DNA of 64,000 bases. Source: Isurus oxyrinchus (Eukaryota). The position numbers and the translations under genes are program-made. Positions 52,372 through 64,000 of the stretch are shown piece by piece. The stretch covers positions 131,626,001 through 131,690,000 of the forward strand of contig JANJGN010000011.1 of assembly GCA_026770705.1 (NCBI GenBank), in the 5' to 3' direction. The first letter of the stretch is position 1. The number at the start of each line of letters is the position of its first letter. The notes beneath the pieces are model-generated. The model saw nothing but the letters and a program-made list of their open reading frames with translations. It ran no database searches and was not told where the DNA came from.

Positions 52372-53237
52372 ACTCTCCTCACCGTCTAAGGGCCCAAACA
52401 CTCCTTTCAAGTGAAGCAGCATTTCACTTGCATTTCCCCCAACTTAGTCTACTGCATTCGTTGCTCCCAATGTGGTCTCCTCTACATTGGAGAGACCAAA
52501 CGTAAACTGGGCGACTGCTTTGCAGAACACCTGCGGTCTGTCCGCAAGAATGACCCAAACCTCCCTGTCGCTTGCCATTTTAACACTCCACCCTGCTCTC
52601 TTGCCCACATGTCTGTCCTTGGCTTGCTGCATTGTTCCAGTGAAGCCCAACGCAAACTGGAGGAACAACACCTCATCTTCCAACTATGCACTTTACAGCC
52701 TTCCGGACTGAATATTGAATTCAACAACGTTAGGTCTTGAGCTCCCTCCTCCATCCCCACCCCCTTTCTGTTTCTCCCTTCCTTTTGTTTTTTTTCCAAT
52801 AAATTATATAGATTTTTCTTTTCCCACCTATTTCCATTATTTTTAAATATTTTTAAATCTTTTATGCTCCCCCCACCCCCACTAGAGCTATACCTTGAGT
52901 GCCCTACCATCCATTCTTAATTAGCACATTCGTTTAGATAATATCACTAACTTTAACACCTATTTGTTCTTTTGTTCTGTTGTTTGTGACATCTTTTGAT
53001 GATCTGCTTCTATCACTGTTTGTTTGTCCCTACAACCACATCAACCCCCACCACTTCTCTCTCTCTCTCTTCCCCCCACCCCCGCAACACACCTTAAACC
53101 AGCTTATATTTCAACTCTTTCTTGGACTCACTCAAGTTCTGTCGAAGGGTCATGAGGACTCGAAACGTCAACTCTTTTCTTCTCCGCCGATGCTGCCAGA
53201 CCTGCTGAGTTTTTCCAAGTAATTCTGTTTTTGTTTT
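52372..53237 (+). mobile_element. Young 5'-truncated Penelope-like element
   Basis: GIY-YIG ORF 52411-52740 differs from 12479-12808 at 4 of 109 aa. Confidence 0.92.
53135..53173 (+). ncRNA. Minimal type I hammerhead ribozyme motif (variant core)
   Basis: Identical to 12045-12083. Confidence 0.75.
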
Positions 53238-53589
53238 TAATACTCTGGGGACTCTGGTTCAACTGCCATCATGATAGTTGGTGGAATTTAACTTCAATTA
53301 ATAAAAAATCTGGAATTGAAAGTTAGTCTCAGTAAAAGTGACCATGAAATTATCATCGATTGCCATAAATACCTATCTGGTTTATTAAGATCCTTTAGGG
53401 AAGCAAATCTGCCATCCTTACTCATCTGGCCTACATGTGACTCCAGATCCACAGCAATGTGGTTGACTCTTAACTGCCCTCTGAAATGGCATAACAAAGC
53501 ACTCAAGGGCAATTAGGAATGGGTAACAAATGTTGACATTGCCAGAAATGCCCATGTCCTATCAAAGAATAAAAAAAAACTTCAGGATT

Positions 53590-54270
53590 TTTAACACCCC
53601 TATCAAATCTCCTGTTAGCCTTCTCTCCTCTAAGGAAAATAATGCTAGCCTCTCCAGTTATCCACATAAATGTAATTCCACATCCCTGGAACCATTCTAG
53701 TAAATCTCTTCTATGCCCTCTCTAAAACCTTATGTCCTTTCTAAAGTCTACTGCATAGCACTGGACACAGTACTCCATTTGGTGCTGAGCTAATGTTTCT
53801 ATAGGTTTAGCATAATCTCCTGGCTTTTGTACTGTATGCCTCAATTTACAAAGTTTAGGATTCAATAGGTTTCATTAACAACTTTGTTATATTCTTCTGC
53901 CACCTTCAAAGATTTGTGCAGAAACACCCCCAAGTCTCTCTGTTCTTATACCTCCTCTAAAATTATGCCATTCATCGTGTATTGCTACACCTCATGCTTT
54001 GTACTTAAATCACACATGCCGCCTCTTCACCTCACACTTCACTGTGTTGAATTTCATCTGTCATTTGCTTGCCTATTCCTCACTGCTTACGATACTTGTG
54101 AGTTTTGGGTAATCTGCAAATTTCAAAGTTGTGCCCTGTACCACACTTCTCCCCACTGGCCCAACTCCCAGCCAAGCTCAAGTCATTAGCCTATATCAAA
54201 AGCAGCAGTGGTCTGAGTACCAAACTGTGGGAAGCTCCACTACATGCGCCTCTGATCTGAAAAAGATCTG
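53590..54270 (-). mobile_element. Old CR1 RT fragment
   Basis: Decayed similarity to ~3050-3730. Confidence 0.65.
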
Positions 54271-55377
54271 TGATGCCCCATTGGCCAAGACATTGAACTT
54301 GAAACCAGTAGAGTTTAAACTGATGGATTTGATCCTTACTTGCAATAGATCTGCTTAACTAAAGAATTGCTCTGAATATCCCCTGAAACCACAAACAACT
54401 ATCCAGAGAGTGATGATAATAGAGGTGGGAATGCCTTTAAAGACCAATGTTTCAGCCTGCTTTCCAAATGTTCACAACAGGGTAGGTGTGAGTTTGAGTG
54501 GATAAAATACTCCCAGGTATTAATTTCCCAAAAGGGTCCCAGTACAAGAACAGGACCCCTATTTAATTATTTTATTGAACACAGCTTTAATTGAACAGGC
54601 AGCCATCATGAATGTCTAAGGAGAGTATAAACCAATATGTTGGTGTATTTTGTGGGTGTGGGATATCCCATCACATATTTGGTATGTGGAACGGTGCTGG
54701 GTGAATTGCAATCAAATTTCTATCTTTCAAAATCCATTGTAGTGAGCATTTATCTAAGTGGAACTGAACCAAATCCCTGGTGTTTGTGACAGCTCATAGA
54801 TCACTGGAGGTTTACGGAAACCAGAAGATTGAAGATGCTATTTTATGTCCAAAAACACACAAATATTTTATAGAGTATTATTTGCTTGACTGTGACTGTT
54901 TCTACACAAATACTAACCTAGCTAAGCAGATCATAACTTCAAGAATGCTTACATAACCTCAGAAAATAACTGATAGATGAAAACATTCTTAAATTTAGAT
55001 TTCCAGAAACATAAAGAAAACAAATTAGGTGAAAAGTGCAGTGGGATATAGGGCTTGCCATAAATAAGCTGCAAATAAAACTCATATTCCATAACTCTTA
55101 TTGCAGAGAGAAAATTAAAACAAGTGCATTAACGTTACAGAATTAGAAATTACTGAAGGGGAAAGTGAGTGCTTAAGGCATGAAACCTATTCTTTAGAAT
55201 TGGAATTTTTGTTGACACTTTGGCCCAAAAATCCCATAAATGTTTTTTCAATTTTCTGCCATTCTTTGGGAGATGGGCAAAATCATTCGAACAACAATTA
55301 TTTTCCAACCCCTGTTCCATTTCTCTGGGAGTTAGATTGATTTCTATAGACATTTTACTGCGTACATTTCTGGTCGC

Positions 55378-55892
55378 CACACTTTAGGAGATTGAAGACA
55401 GTGCAGAAAGGGTTTATGAAAATTGTTCCAGGGATAAGAGACTTCAGTTATGAAGATAGATTGGAGAAGTTGGGACTGTTCTTCTTGGAGTGGAGAAGGC
55501 TAAGAGGAGATTTGATAGAGGTGTTCAAAATCATGAGGGGCTGGACTGAGCAGATAGGGAGAAACTGTTCCTGTTTGTAAAAGGATCGAGAATGAGAGGG
55601 CACAGGTTTAAAGTGATTTGCAAAAGAAGCAAATGCGGTGTGAGAGAAAAAAAAACTTTTTCACACAGCGAGCGGTTCAGGTCTGGAATGCACTGCCTGG
55701 AAGTATGGTGGAGGCAGGTTCAATCGAGGCATTCAAGAGGACATTAGATTATTATTTGAATATAAATAATGTCAAGGGTACAAGGAAAAGGCAGGAGAAT
55801 GGCACTGAGTTATAATGCTCATTCGGAAAGCTGGTACAGACATGATGGGCTGAATGGCCTCATTCTGCACCACAACAATTCTGTGATTCTGT
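55378..55892 (+). mobile_element. CR1 3' end
   Basis: SYEDRLEKLGLFFLEWRRLRGDLIEVFKIM; tail (ATTCTGTG)2. Confidence 0.9.
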
Positions 55893-57364
55893 GTTTCTAG
55901 CAGTTTTTTGCCATTATTTAAGCATTTTGGAATGTACTACAATATCGCCATTTGTGCTAAAATTAATATAGCCTGGAAGGCTCATAGATATTTTAGATAT
56001 GACATAGTGTCCACTTCCTGGAGATCCCAGTGACACAGGACTAGAGAATGTCTAGTGGAGATTCAAAATCTGTAACACTCCTGCTGTTATGGGAAAAGGT
56101 GAGTTATTTTATAAAGCTTATAACCCCCAGATACATCCTGGTAATTTGTGAACTGAAACCTTTTACAACATAGAATCCCAATCAAACCATTCTACATCCA
56201 TAAGCCAAAACTATGAAAGCCCTGTGGTGCAGTGGGTAACGTCCCTGACCCTGAATCAGAAATCCTGGCTTCAAGTCCCACTCCAGAATTTGATGGTTAA
56301 GGGAGGTGTGATCATAATGTGGCTGAATTGGCTGAGCATAAACCTATAAATCATTCCAACAGATGCCAGTGGCATGTAGTAACATTGGGAGAGATTCCTA
56401 CTCAGCCATGTGATGGAAATAAAATTGGAGCTGCTATTCATTGCTCCAGACTGCAATATGCATGTTGCCTCAGCAACTTGGACTCCTGGGGTCTGGCTGG
56501 CTCAGTGGCTGTAGATCAGATTGGTGTCAAAAGCAGGGGCTTCAATCCCTCTTTTTGAGTGGATTCAGGACCTGCCTTGTTGCCCTACCTGTGGTGGAGA
56601 TCATGGTGGGTCGACCTGCCTTTGGGTAGAGAACTGAAGAAGACAACAAAGCTGCTGTCCCTTTTCCTGGCAGCCCAGAGGCAGATAGCAATGACTTGGA
56701 TTTAGGCCAGTTGATTGAACTAGTTTAAATAAACAATATTTATTTTAAATGATTTCAGGTTGGAAGGATAAGGGTGAGTCAACTCATTGAAAGAAAACTT
56801 TAGAATCAAATTTTGATAAAGAGTCACAAAGAAAGCTTAAGCTACCTTATCCTCATTTAAATTCTCATCAGCCTGCTGTGCGTTCTTCTGATTCTAAAGC
56901 CTTAAAAAATAAATTACTGTTGGTGATGATGCTGGATGAAAACTTAATACATTCATAATATTTTTCTCTATGCTACTTTAACATTGATATTCACCCATTT
57001 AAAGTGAACTGGTTAGCACCTTCAGTTAAATAATAGACAGAGCCCATGTCATCTGAATACTTCAGTCGTTTGTTACTAATTGTAACTTTATGCCCATTTA
57101 AGTATTGTATTTTGTTGCGCACACTAAAAACAAATCAATTGCCTTTAGTATGGGATTGTAACCAATTATACTATTATTCATTATTTAATATAACTCTCAG
57201 ATTTCCTCATAGACATTAACTACGCTGGTATGGATGGTATGGGTTCTCTTTGAACTTGGTGCAGGATGATCAGTACATAAATAAACTGAAAATATCTTTC
57301 AATGTTACAGAATATAGACACAGACTGTAACTCACCTATTAACAAGTCAACTATCCTTTTCTGT

Positions 57365-58620
57365 CATTCATTCATGGGATGTGGGTGTCGCTGGCTAGGC
57401 CAGCATTTATTGACCATCACTTGAGAAGGTGATGGTGAACCGACATCATGAACTGCTGCAGTCCATGTGGTGTAGGCACACCCACAGTGCTGTTAGGAGG
57501 GAAGTTCCAGGATTTTGACCCAAAGACAGTAAAGGAATGATGATATATTTCCAAGTCAGGATGTTGTAACACTTGGAGGGGAACTTGCAGGTGGTGGTGT
57601 CCACATACATCTGCTGTCCATGTTCTTCTAGGTGTTAGAGGTTGCAGGTTAGAAAGGTGGTGTCGAAGGAGCTTTGGTGAGTTGTTGCAGTGCATCTTGC
57701 AGATTGTACACACTGCTGCCATTGTGCGTCAGTATTGGAGGGAGTGAATGTTTAAGGGGGAGGATGGGATGCCAGTCAAGTGGGTTGCTTTGTCCTGGAT
57801 GCTGTCTAGCCTTTTGAGTGCTGTTGAAGCTGCACCCATCCAGGCAAGTGGGGAGTATTCCATCATGCTTATGATTTACAAACATACAAATTAGAAGCGA
57901 GAGTAGGCCACGCAGCTCCTCGAACCTGCTCTGTCATTCAGTAAGATCATGACTGAACTGATCGTGGCCTCAACTCTACTTTCCTTCCTACCCCCTGTAT
58001 CCTTTGACTCCCTTATCAATCAAGAATCTATCTAACTTTGCCCTAAAAATATTCAATAACCCTTCCTCCACCGCTCTCTGGGGAAGAGAGTTCCACAGGT
58101 CATGGCCCTCTGAGAGAAAGAAGTCTTAAATGTGAGACTTCTTATTTTTAAACTGTGTCCCCTAGTTCCAATTTTTCCTCCAAGGGGACATATTTTCAAC
58201 ATCTGCCCTGTCATGTCCTCTCAGGATCTTATATGTTCCAATAAGATTGCCTCATTCTTCTAAACTCCAATAGATACAGGCCCAACCTGTCCAACCTTTC
58301 CTCTTGGGATAATTCCCTCATTCCAGGAATCAGTTGAGTGAAGCTTCTCTGAATGACTTCTAATGCAATTATATCCCTTCTTAAATAAGGAGACCAAAAC
58401 TCTACACAGTACTCTAGATGTGGTCTCACCAATACCCTAAACAGCTTTAGCAAAACTTCCCTACTTTTATATTCCATTCCTCTGGCAAAAAATGACAACA
58501 GTCCATTTGTGTTCCTAATCACTTGTGCCTTGTGGATGATGAACAGGCTTTGGGGAGTCAGGAGGTGAGTTACCCATCACAGAATTTCCATCCTCCGACC
58601 TGCTTTTGTAGCTACAGTAT
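57365..58620 (-). mobile_element. Zenon-like CR1 3' end with nested vertebrate CR1 3' end (~57872-58524)
   Basis: Reverse complement of the Zenon-like tail; nested LVRPHLEYCVEFWSP. Confidence 0.85.
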
Positions 58621-59487
58621 CTGCATGACGTCACAGAACTAATTGGTTGTAAAGTCCTCAAATAGGCATCTCAATTTATTTTTCTAGATCATGTAATACT
58701 CTGACACAATTTCATATTTTATTTGTAACCTTGATAATTCCACAAGTACAATGACAGGAATGTTCAAATAAAGTCAGTTAGTAAGTGCACTCATTCAAAG
58801 AATATCCTCCTTATTTCAAAAATCAAGGTAAGTAACTTGAAGAAAGTAAAGTTTCACCTAAGTAGCATGGTATGACTTGGAGAGTTTCTTTGAGGAAATG
58901 AAATAAAGTTTTGAAAAGTTGCAATTAGAAACTTATCATATTCAACTTTGAGGAGGACAAAGGTTAAATCACTGCACCTGTAACTTCAACTCTCCAAAAC
59001 CATTAGCTCGTGTAAAGAAAACTTTCTGTTTCATGTTCATGTGAAACTAAGAATGGCGAGTAGCCTCTCAGGAATAGATTGAGACAAGCTTTAACCTGGA
59101 CCAGCCCTTGAAGCAATCTGCTTGATTCTACCAGCTTCAATTTCATCCTTGACAGGCTCTGAATAGTTGATATTGACAATCTCCAATCTCAGGGAGTAAG
59201 TTGATTTTTCTTATGAAATGTTAACAAGCTGACTTGTGAATTAAAATGCTGAACGTCTGTTTAAAATCTTGCCGTTGGCACATCTGCTACTAATTCTGTT
59301 ATTGTTGGGTCATCTTGGAAGATGTGTGTTTTGATCTTAGCAAGAGAACTGGCTGCTTGGAAAGATCCTTTTTCAAAGTAACTTTTATTTACATACTCAA
59401 ATATGTACAGGATTACAAAGCACTAGGACAGAGCCACTGCTCATCTCAGATTCTCCTTGTTTTCTTCTATGTGACATTAATATTACA

Positions 59488-60945
59488 TACTGCAAAAGCT
59501 ATGGGCCTTGACAATATTCTGGCAATAGTACTGAAGACTTGTGGTCCAGAACTTGCCACACCCCTAGCCAAGCTTTTCCAGTCCAGCAACAACACTGGCA
59601 TCTACTTGGCAATATACCTGGAAAATTGCCCAGGTATATCCTGTACACAAAAAGCAGGACAAATCCAACCCGGCCAATTACTGCCCCATCAGTCTACTCT
59701 CAATCATCAGTAAAGTGATGGAAGGAGCCATCAAGCGACACTTGCTTAGCAATAACCTGCTCAGTTTGAGTTCTGTCAGGGTTGCTCAGCTCCTGATCAC
59801 ATTATAGCCTTGGTTCAGACATGGGCAAAAGAGTTGAACTTCAGAGGTGAGGTGGGAGTGACTGCCTTTGACACCAAGGGGTCCTAGCAAAATTAGAGTC
59901 AATGGGAATCAGAGGGAAAACTCTCCACTAGTTGGAGCCATTCCTAGCACAAAGGAAGATAGTTTTGGCAGTTGGAGGTCAATAATGTCAGTTCCAGGAT
60001 ATCATTGCAGGAGTTCCTCAGGGTAATGTCCTGCTCCAACTATCTTCAGCTGCTTCATCAATGACCTTCTTTCCATCACAAGGTCAGAAGTGGGGATGTT
60101 CACTGATGATTGCACAATGTTCAGTATCATTTGCGACACCTCAGATACTGAAGCAGTCCATGTCCAAATGCAGCTTGGGCTGACAAGTGGCAAGTAACAT
60201 TTGCACCATACAAGTGTCAGGCAATGATCAGCTACAACATGAGAGAATCTAACCATCCTCCCTTGACATTCAATACCAGTACTATTGGCGGATCACCCAC
60301 TAGCAACACCCTATGAGTTATTATTGACCAGAAACTGAACTGGACTAGTCATATAAATATTGTGGCTACAAGAGCAGGTCAGAGGCTAGGAATCCTGTGG
60401 TGAGTAACTCATTTCCTGACTCCCCAAAACCTGTCCACCATCTACAAAGCACAAGTCAGGAGTGTGATGGAACACTGCCCACTTGCCTGGCTGAGTGCAG
60501 CTCCAACAACACTCAAGCTGCTTGACACCACCCAGGACAAAGCAGCCCAGTTGATTGGCACCCCATCCACAAACATTTACTCCCTTCACTACTAACACGC
60601 AGTAGCAGCAGTCTATTCTATCTACAAGATTCACTGCAGGAATTCACCAAAGCTCCTTAGACAGCACCTTTCAAAACCACAATTGTTAACATCTAAAAGA
60701 ACAAGGGCAACAGGCATATGGGAACACGGCCGCCTGGAGTTCACCTCCAAGCTACTCGCTGTCCAGACTTAGATATATATCACTGTCACTGGGTCAAAAT
60801 CCTGGATCAATCCCTACAGCACTGTGGATGTACCTGTACCACATGGACTGCAGCGGTTCAAGAAGGCAGTGCACCACCACCTTCTGAAAAGCAAATAATG
60901 ATGGGCAATAAATGCTGGCCTAGCCACATCCCATGAATGAATAAA
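59488..60945 (+). mobile_element. Zenon-like CR1, 5'-truncated RT + tail
   Basis: TAKAMGLDNILAIVLKTCGPELATPLAKLFQ; colinear with 36465-37980. Confidence 0.9.
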
Positions 60946-61179
60946 CTAAAGCTCCTTATACACATGCTCAGTAACAATTGTTAGCTGTATTAGAGTTAAC
61001 CATTTTCTCCTCACCTCCCCCATGCTTTTATCTCTACATGCTTTAAACACATCCTCATACACCTACCCCCCCTAAAGTGTAAGTTTTCACCAATCTCTCT
61101 GAACATGTACAGAGCTTATTTCAAGGTTGTTGAGAATCTGTTCACCCCAAACTCATTCTCAGAGGGTCATAATTTCTTA

Positions 61180-64000
61180 TTTCTATTGTTATTGGTTCTG
61201 TAGTTGTAGTTTCCTCCTGAGGATCGGGTTATGCAGTTCATCCAGCTAATGACTTCTTGTTCATCAAAATCAAGGCACTCCTATTTCTTTAGATGTTACC
61301 GGTTTCTGCCTGGACAAGATATGATCTTGGTTGTTACAACCTCTCCATTATGGTACCTTATCATTGCTGGCCCCTAATCCACACCATCTCCCTTCCCTTT
61401 TTCATGTTGGCAGGTTGTGAGCCCTATGTCATTGGTTGAAAGTGTGGGCTTGGCCTGCTCTATAACCTTCTTCCTTCTGTTGGGCATGGTTGTGATCCTC
61501 TACTGTGATTCTTGGTGTTAACATGTGAGGAAGGGAATGAAGTTAGATTCTTTGCCTGCAGCCCATCAAGAGCTCGCACGGGGCAAAACCGGTTTGCAAT
61601 AGTTCAGAGGAGTAGCTGAACAGGGCTAACTCAACATCTTTGTTTTTTTCTGAGGCTAAACGTACATACCCCTCTATCAGTCTCTCCATTGACCTGAGAG
61701 TGCCTCAGCCAACTTGTGACTTAAACAACTCCGTACAATGCTGCAAAGGATTGGAGACACTCGTTGGTGAATTGTGGCCCATTGTCAGAGATGACAATGT
61801 CAAGAATGTTGTGTGTGAAAAATATTCTCTTCAGAAAGACTATAGCAGCTTCAGATTTTGCACCTCAATTCAGCAGGAATAATAATCCATAATAAAGAAA
61901 AACACATTCCCTTTGAATTCAAATAGGTCCATACCATGGCCTGGATGGAAAAAAGGAGGGCAGAAGTGGTTCTTTCTGCTCCTATTAGTGATTAGCACAG
62001 GTGACGCAGTTGAAGAGGCTTGTCATCTGACTAAGACTCAGCAAATTTCTGGCCTCCAGCAGTCCTCCGAGTGCTGGACACCTGAAACGTCCATACTGCC
62101 GCCTGCTGTGGATCAGACAGTGCGATGTGCTCACCAGATTGTGATCCTGGGGCTACTCTAAAGCTAGGTTCCACCGAGGTGTGTGTCTCTGAGCTGGTGG
62201 AGGGTATAGGTGAGCACTGTGACGGGACTTCAAGGACGGTGCATTCAAACTCCACTTCAGAGGTTTCTTCCGGAGTTGATTGGAGGCCCTGGGTCATTGA
62301 CTCCATCAGCTGTTTGGCAGATGTGCTTGTGAAAGCAAGGGAGAGACAATTAGTGCATGGCAGTGGCCTGTGAAACAGGACACATCACTCACAGCATGGT
62401 TATCTGATGGATGTTGCACTGCTGGATCCTCACTTGGTAGGGCACTGCTGACCTCACCGTCAGCACTGGACTGATCCAGATCCTCACCGGCCAGCTGGAT
62501 GGCTCTGTTTTCAAAGTCCGTGACGACCTTGATTTCAGGCATTCCTCCACCGGTCTGCGACCCCTCCCTCTTGTTGTGTGCCAGCTTTCCTGCATCAGTA
62601 GAGATGGAGAGAGTGTAAGCAGGATGCCTGCCAGGCTGGATGATAAGTATGCCTGGTATGTGTGGGTGGTGAGTGGTCTCATGGACAGGATGAGGACAAT
62701 GAAGGTGCGTGTGAGAGAGTGAAAGGTGATGTCTCTTGAACTAGCACTGAGTGAGGGCCCTGTGGATGTGGGATGGGTTTGTGAGTGTGTGAGTTGAGAG
62801 TGATAAGAAGAGTGACTTACCCTGGCAAAACAGAGGAGATCATTCATCCTCTTGCGGCACTGGGCGGCTATCCTCTTTTGCAAGGTGTTGGCACTGACCC
62901 CCGCTGCCACCCCTTTCCAAGCTGGATTAGTGAGGTTGCTGCGGCCAGAGCAGGGGTAGAGAACGTCACGGCAAACTTCCACTGTGCCCAAAAGGCTTTG
63001 AGGGGCATGTCATTGAACTTGGAGGCAGCAGTCTTTTTGCCTTTCAGAGCTATGATTTCTTTGCAGCAGTGGCTGGAAGCAGTGAGAGGCATGCACGTAG
63101 CTGGACTTTAAATATGGTGCCCGGCAAGATGAAGCGGCGAAGTGATGGTGTGGCGTGTGAATGAGAGTCTGTCCACCATGGAAACAGCGTGTTTCCCAGG
63201 AATGTGTAACTACTGCGGTGTGTTTGGAACGATACGGCATGAAAAGCCACCATTACGGCCGACAGATAAAATGTCGTTTTCCTTGCCCACTACCACACTT
63301 AATGCAAATCTGGGATGATTCTGCCCATAGTGTTTCGGAGATTTTTCTGTCTTTGTACCTTACCCTTGCATCAAGCTGACCTTTAACTTTTAGCTTGATT
63401 TTTTCTGGACCTTCACGTTTGATTAATGAAGGTTGCATGGTCACTTACCTTAATTAGACGAAATTGAGACTCCAGCTCCTATATCTAATTTAAATTCAGT
63501 GTTTGATTTTGTTCACTTTGATTTCACCAAGAAAAGTTTTTTTGTGTCTGTCTTCCAGTGCTTCTTGTATAGAGCTTCCTTTGCAAACATAGGCTTTTTT
63601 GAATAACACAGTGTGTTAAAATTACTGACTTTGCTGCATCCATGACATTCTGTGGTTCAGACAGGACATCTTTAACGCCTGTGGACCTTCTTTGTCCCAC
63701 CCCAGTTGGGACATTGTAAAATGGCTGTTGGCACTCATTCATGCGCTTTCAGTTTCGCACCCAATAAACTGAATGGCTTCAAATGGTTTTTCCCACGGAA
63801 TTTCTTGCTCACCCCTTACAAACAGTCAGCTTTGCTTTGCCTAGCCAGTTGTGCTGCTTTGCTCAATGTCAGGTCTTCTCTAGATTGTAGAAAGTCTGAT
63901 AGGGTTCCTTCCAAAACACACAATTATTCTGTCTCTCATCAAATCATCTTTTAACATTCCATACTCACAATTATCAGCCAAACAATACAAATTAATTATA
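61180..64000 (-). mobile_element. Decayed Gypsy: gag/protease (63327-64000) and integrase (~61180-62030); RT not present
   Basis: Minus strand LYCLADNCEYGMLKDDLMRDRII, DLTLSKAAQLARQ, CCHC relic, FKLDIGAGVS; integrase PSRPW and IVISDNG-like motifs. Confidence 0.8.
62030..63326 (-). mobile_element. Harbinger element fragment with three-exon Myb/SANT-like pseudogene
   Basis: TIR GGGCAGAATCATCCC at 63326. Exons ~63053-62821, 62589-62434 and 62325 onward with GT-AG ends; AWKGVAAGVSAN..QCRKRMNDL, KLAHNKRE..TGGG. Confidence 0.8.

Larger units (their letters stand above)
52300..53579 (+). mobile_element. tRNA-derived SINE (~52300-52357 + 53238-53579) sharing head and tail with the Zenon-like LINE, split by Penelope
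   Basis: Body matches 34815-35065, then joins directly to the LINE tail CTCAAGGGCAAT..AAGAATAAAAAA. Confidence 0.85.

Overview
Repeat-saturated eukaryotic DNA. The repeat landscape (vertebrate CR1, a Zenon-like CR1, DeuSINE-like SINEs, Penelope-like elements) and the H2B sequence suggest a cartilaginous fish (shark); this is an inference. No intact host protein-coding gene is recognisable, and nearly all ORF-track hits are decayed transposon fragments. The window holds five Gypsy/Ty3 LTR retrotransposons (one structurally complete at 27863-32689) plus solo LTRs, two CR1-type LINE families, three Penelope-like (GIY-YIG) insertions carrying minimal hammerhead ribozymes, PIF/Harbinger relics with many MITEs, an H2B pseudogene and a U2 snRNA fragment. 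Most notable: (1) a ~3.2-kb single-ORF LINE whose 5' end is a tRNA-SINE head, seen in two independent copies, alongside a SINE that looks like its internally deleted form; (2) a non-canonical hammerhead core (CUGUCGA) shared by the two youngest Penelope copies; (3) a locally templated inverted duplication spanning an LTR/flank junction; (4) a U2-snRNA/retroelement-tail chimera. All calls are by eye, and boundaries of old repeats are approximate.
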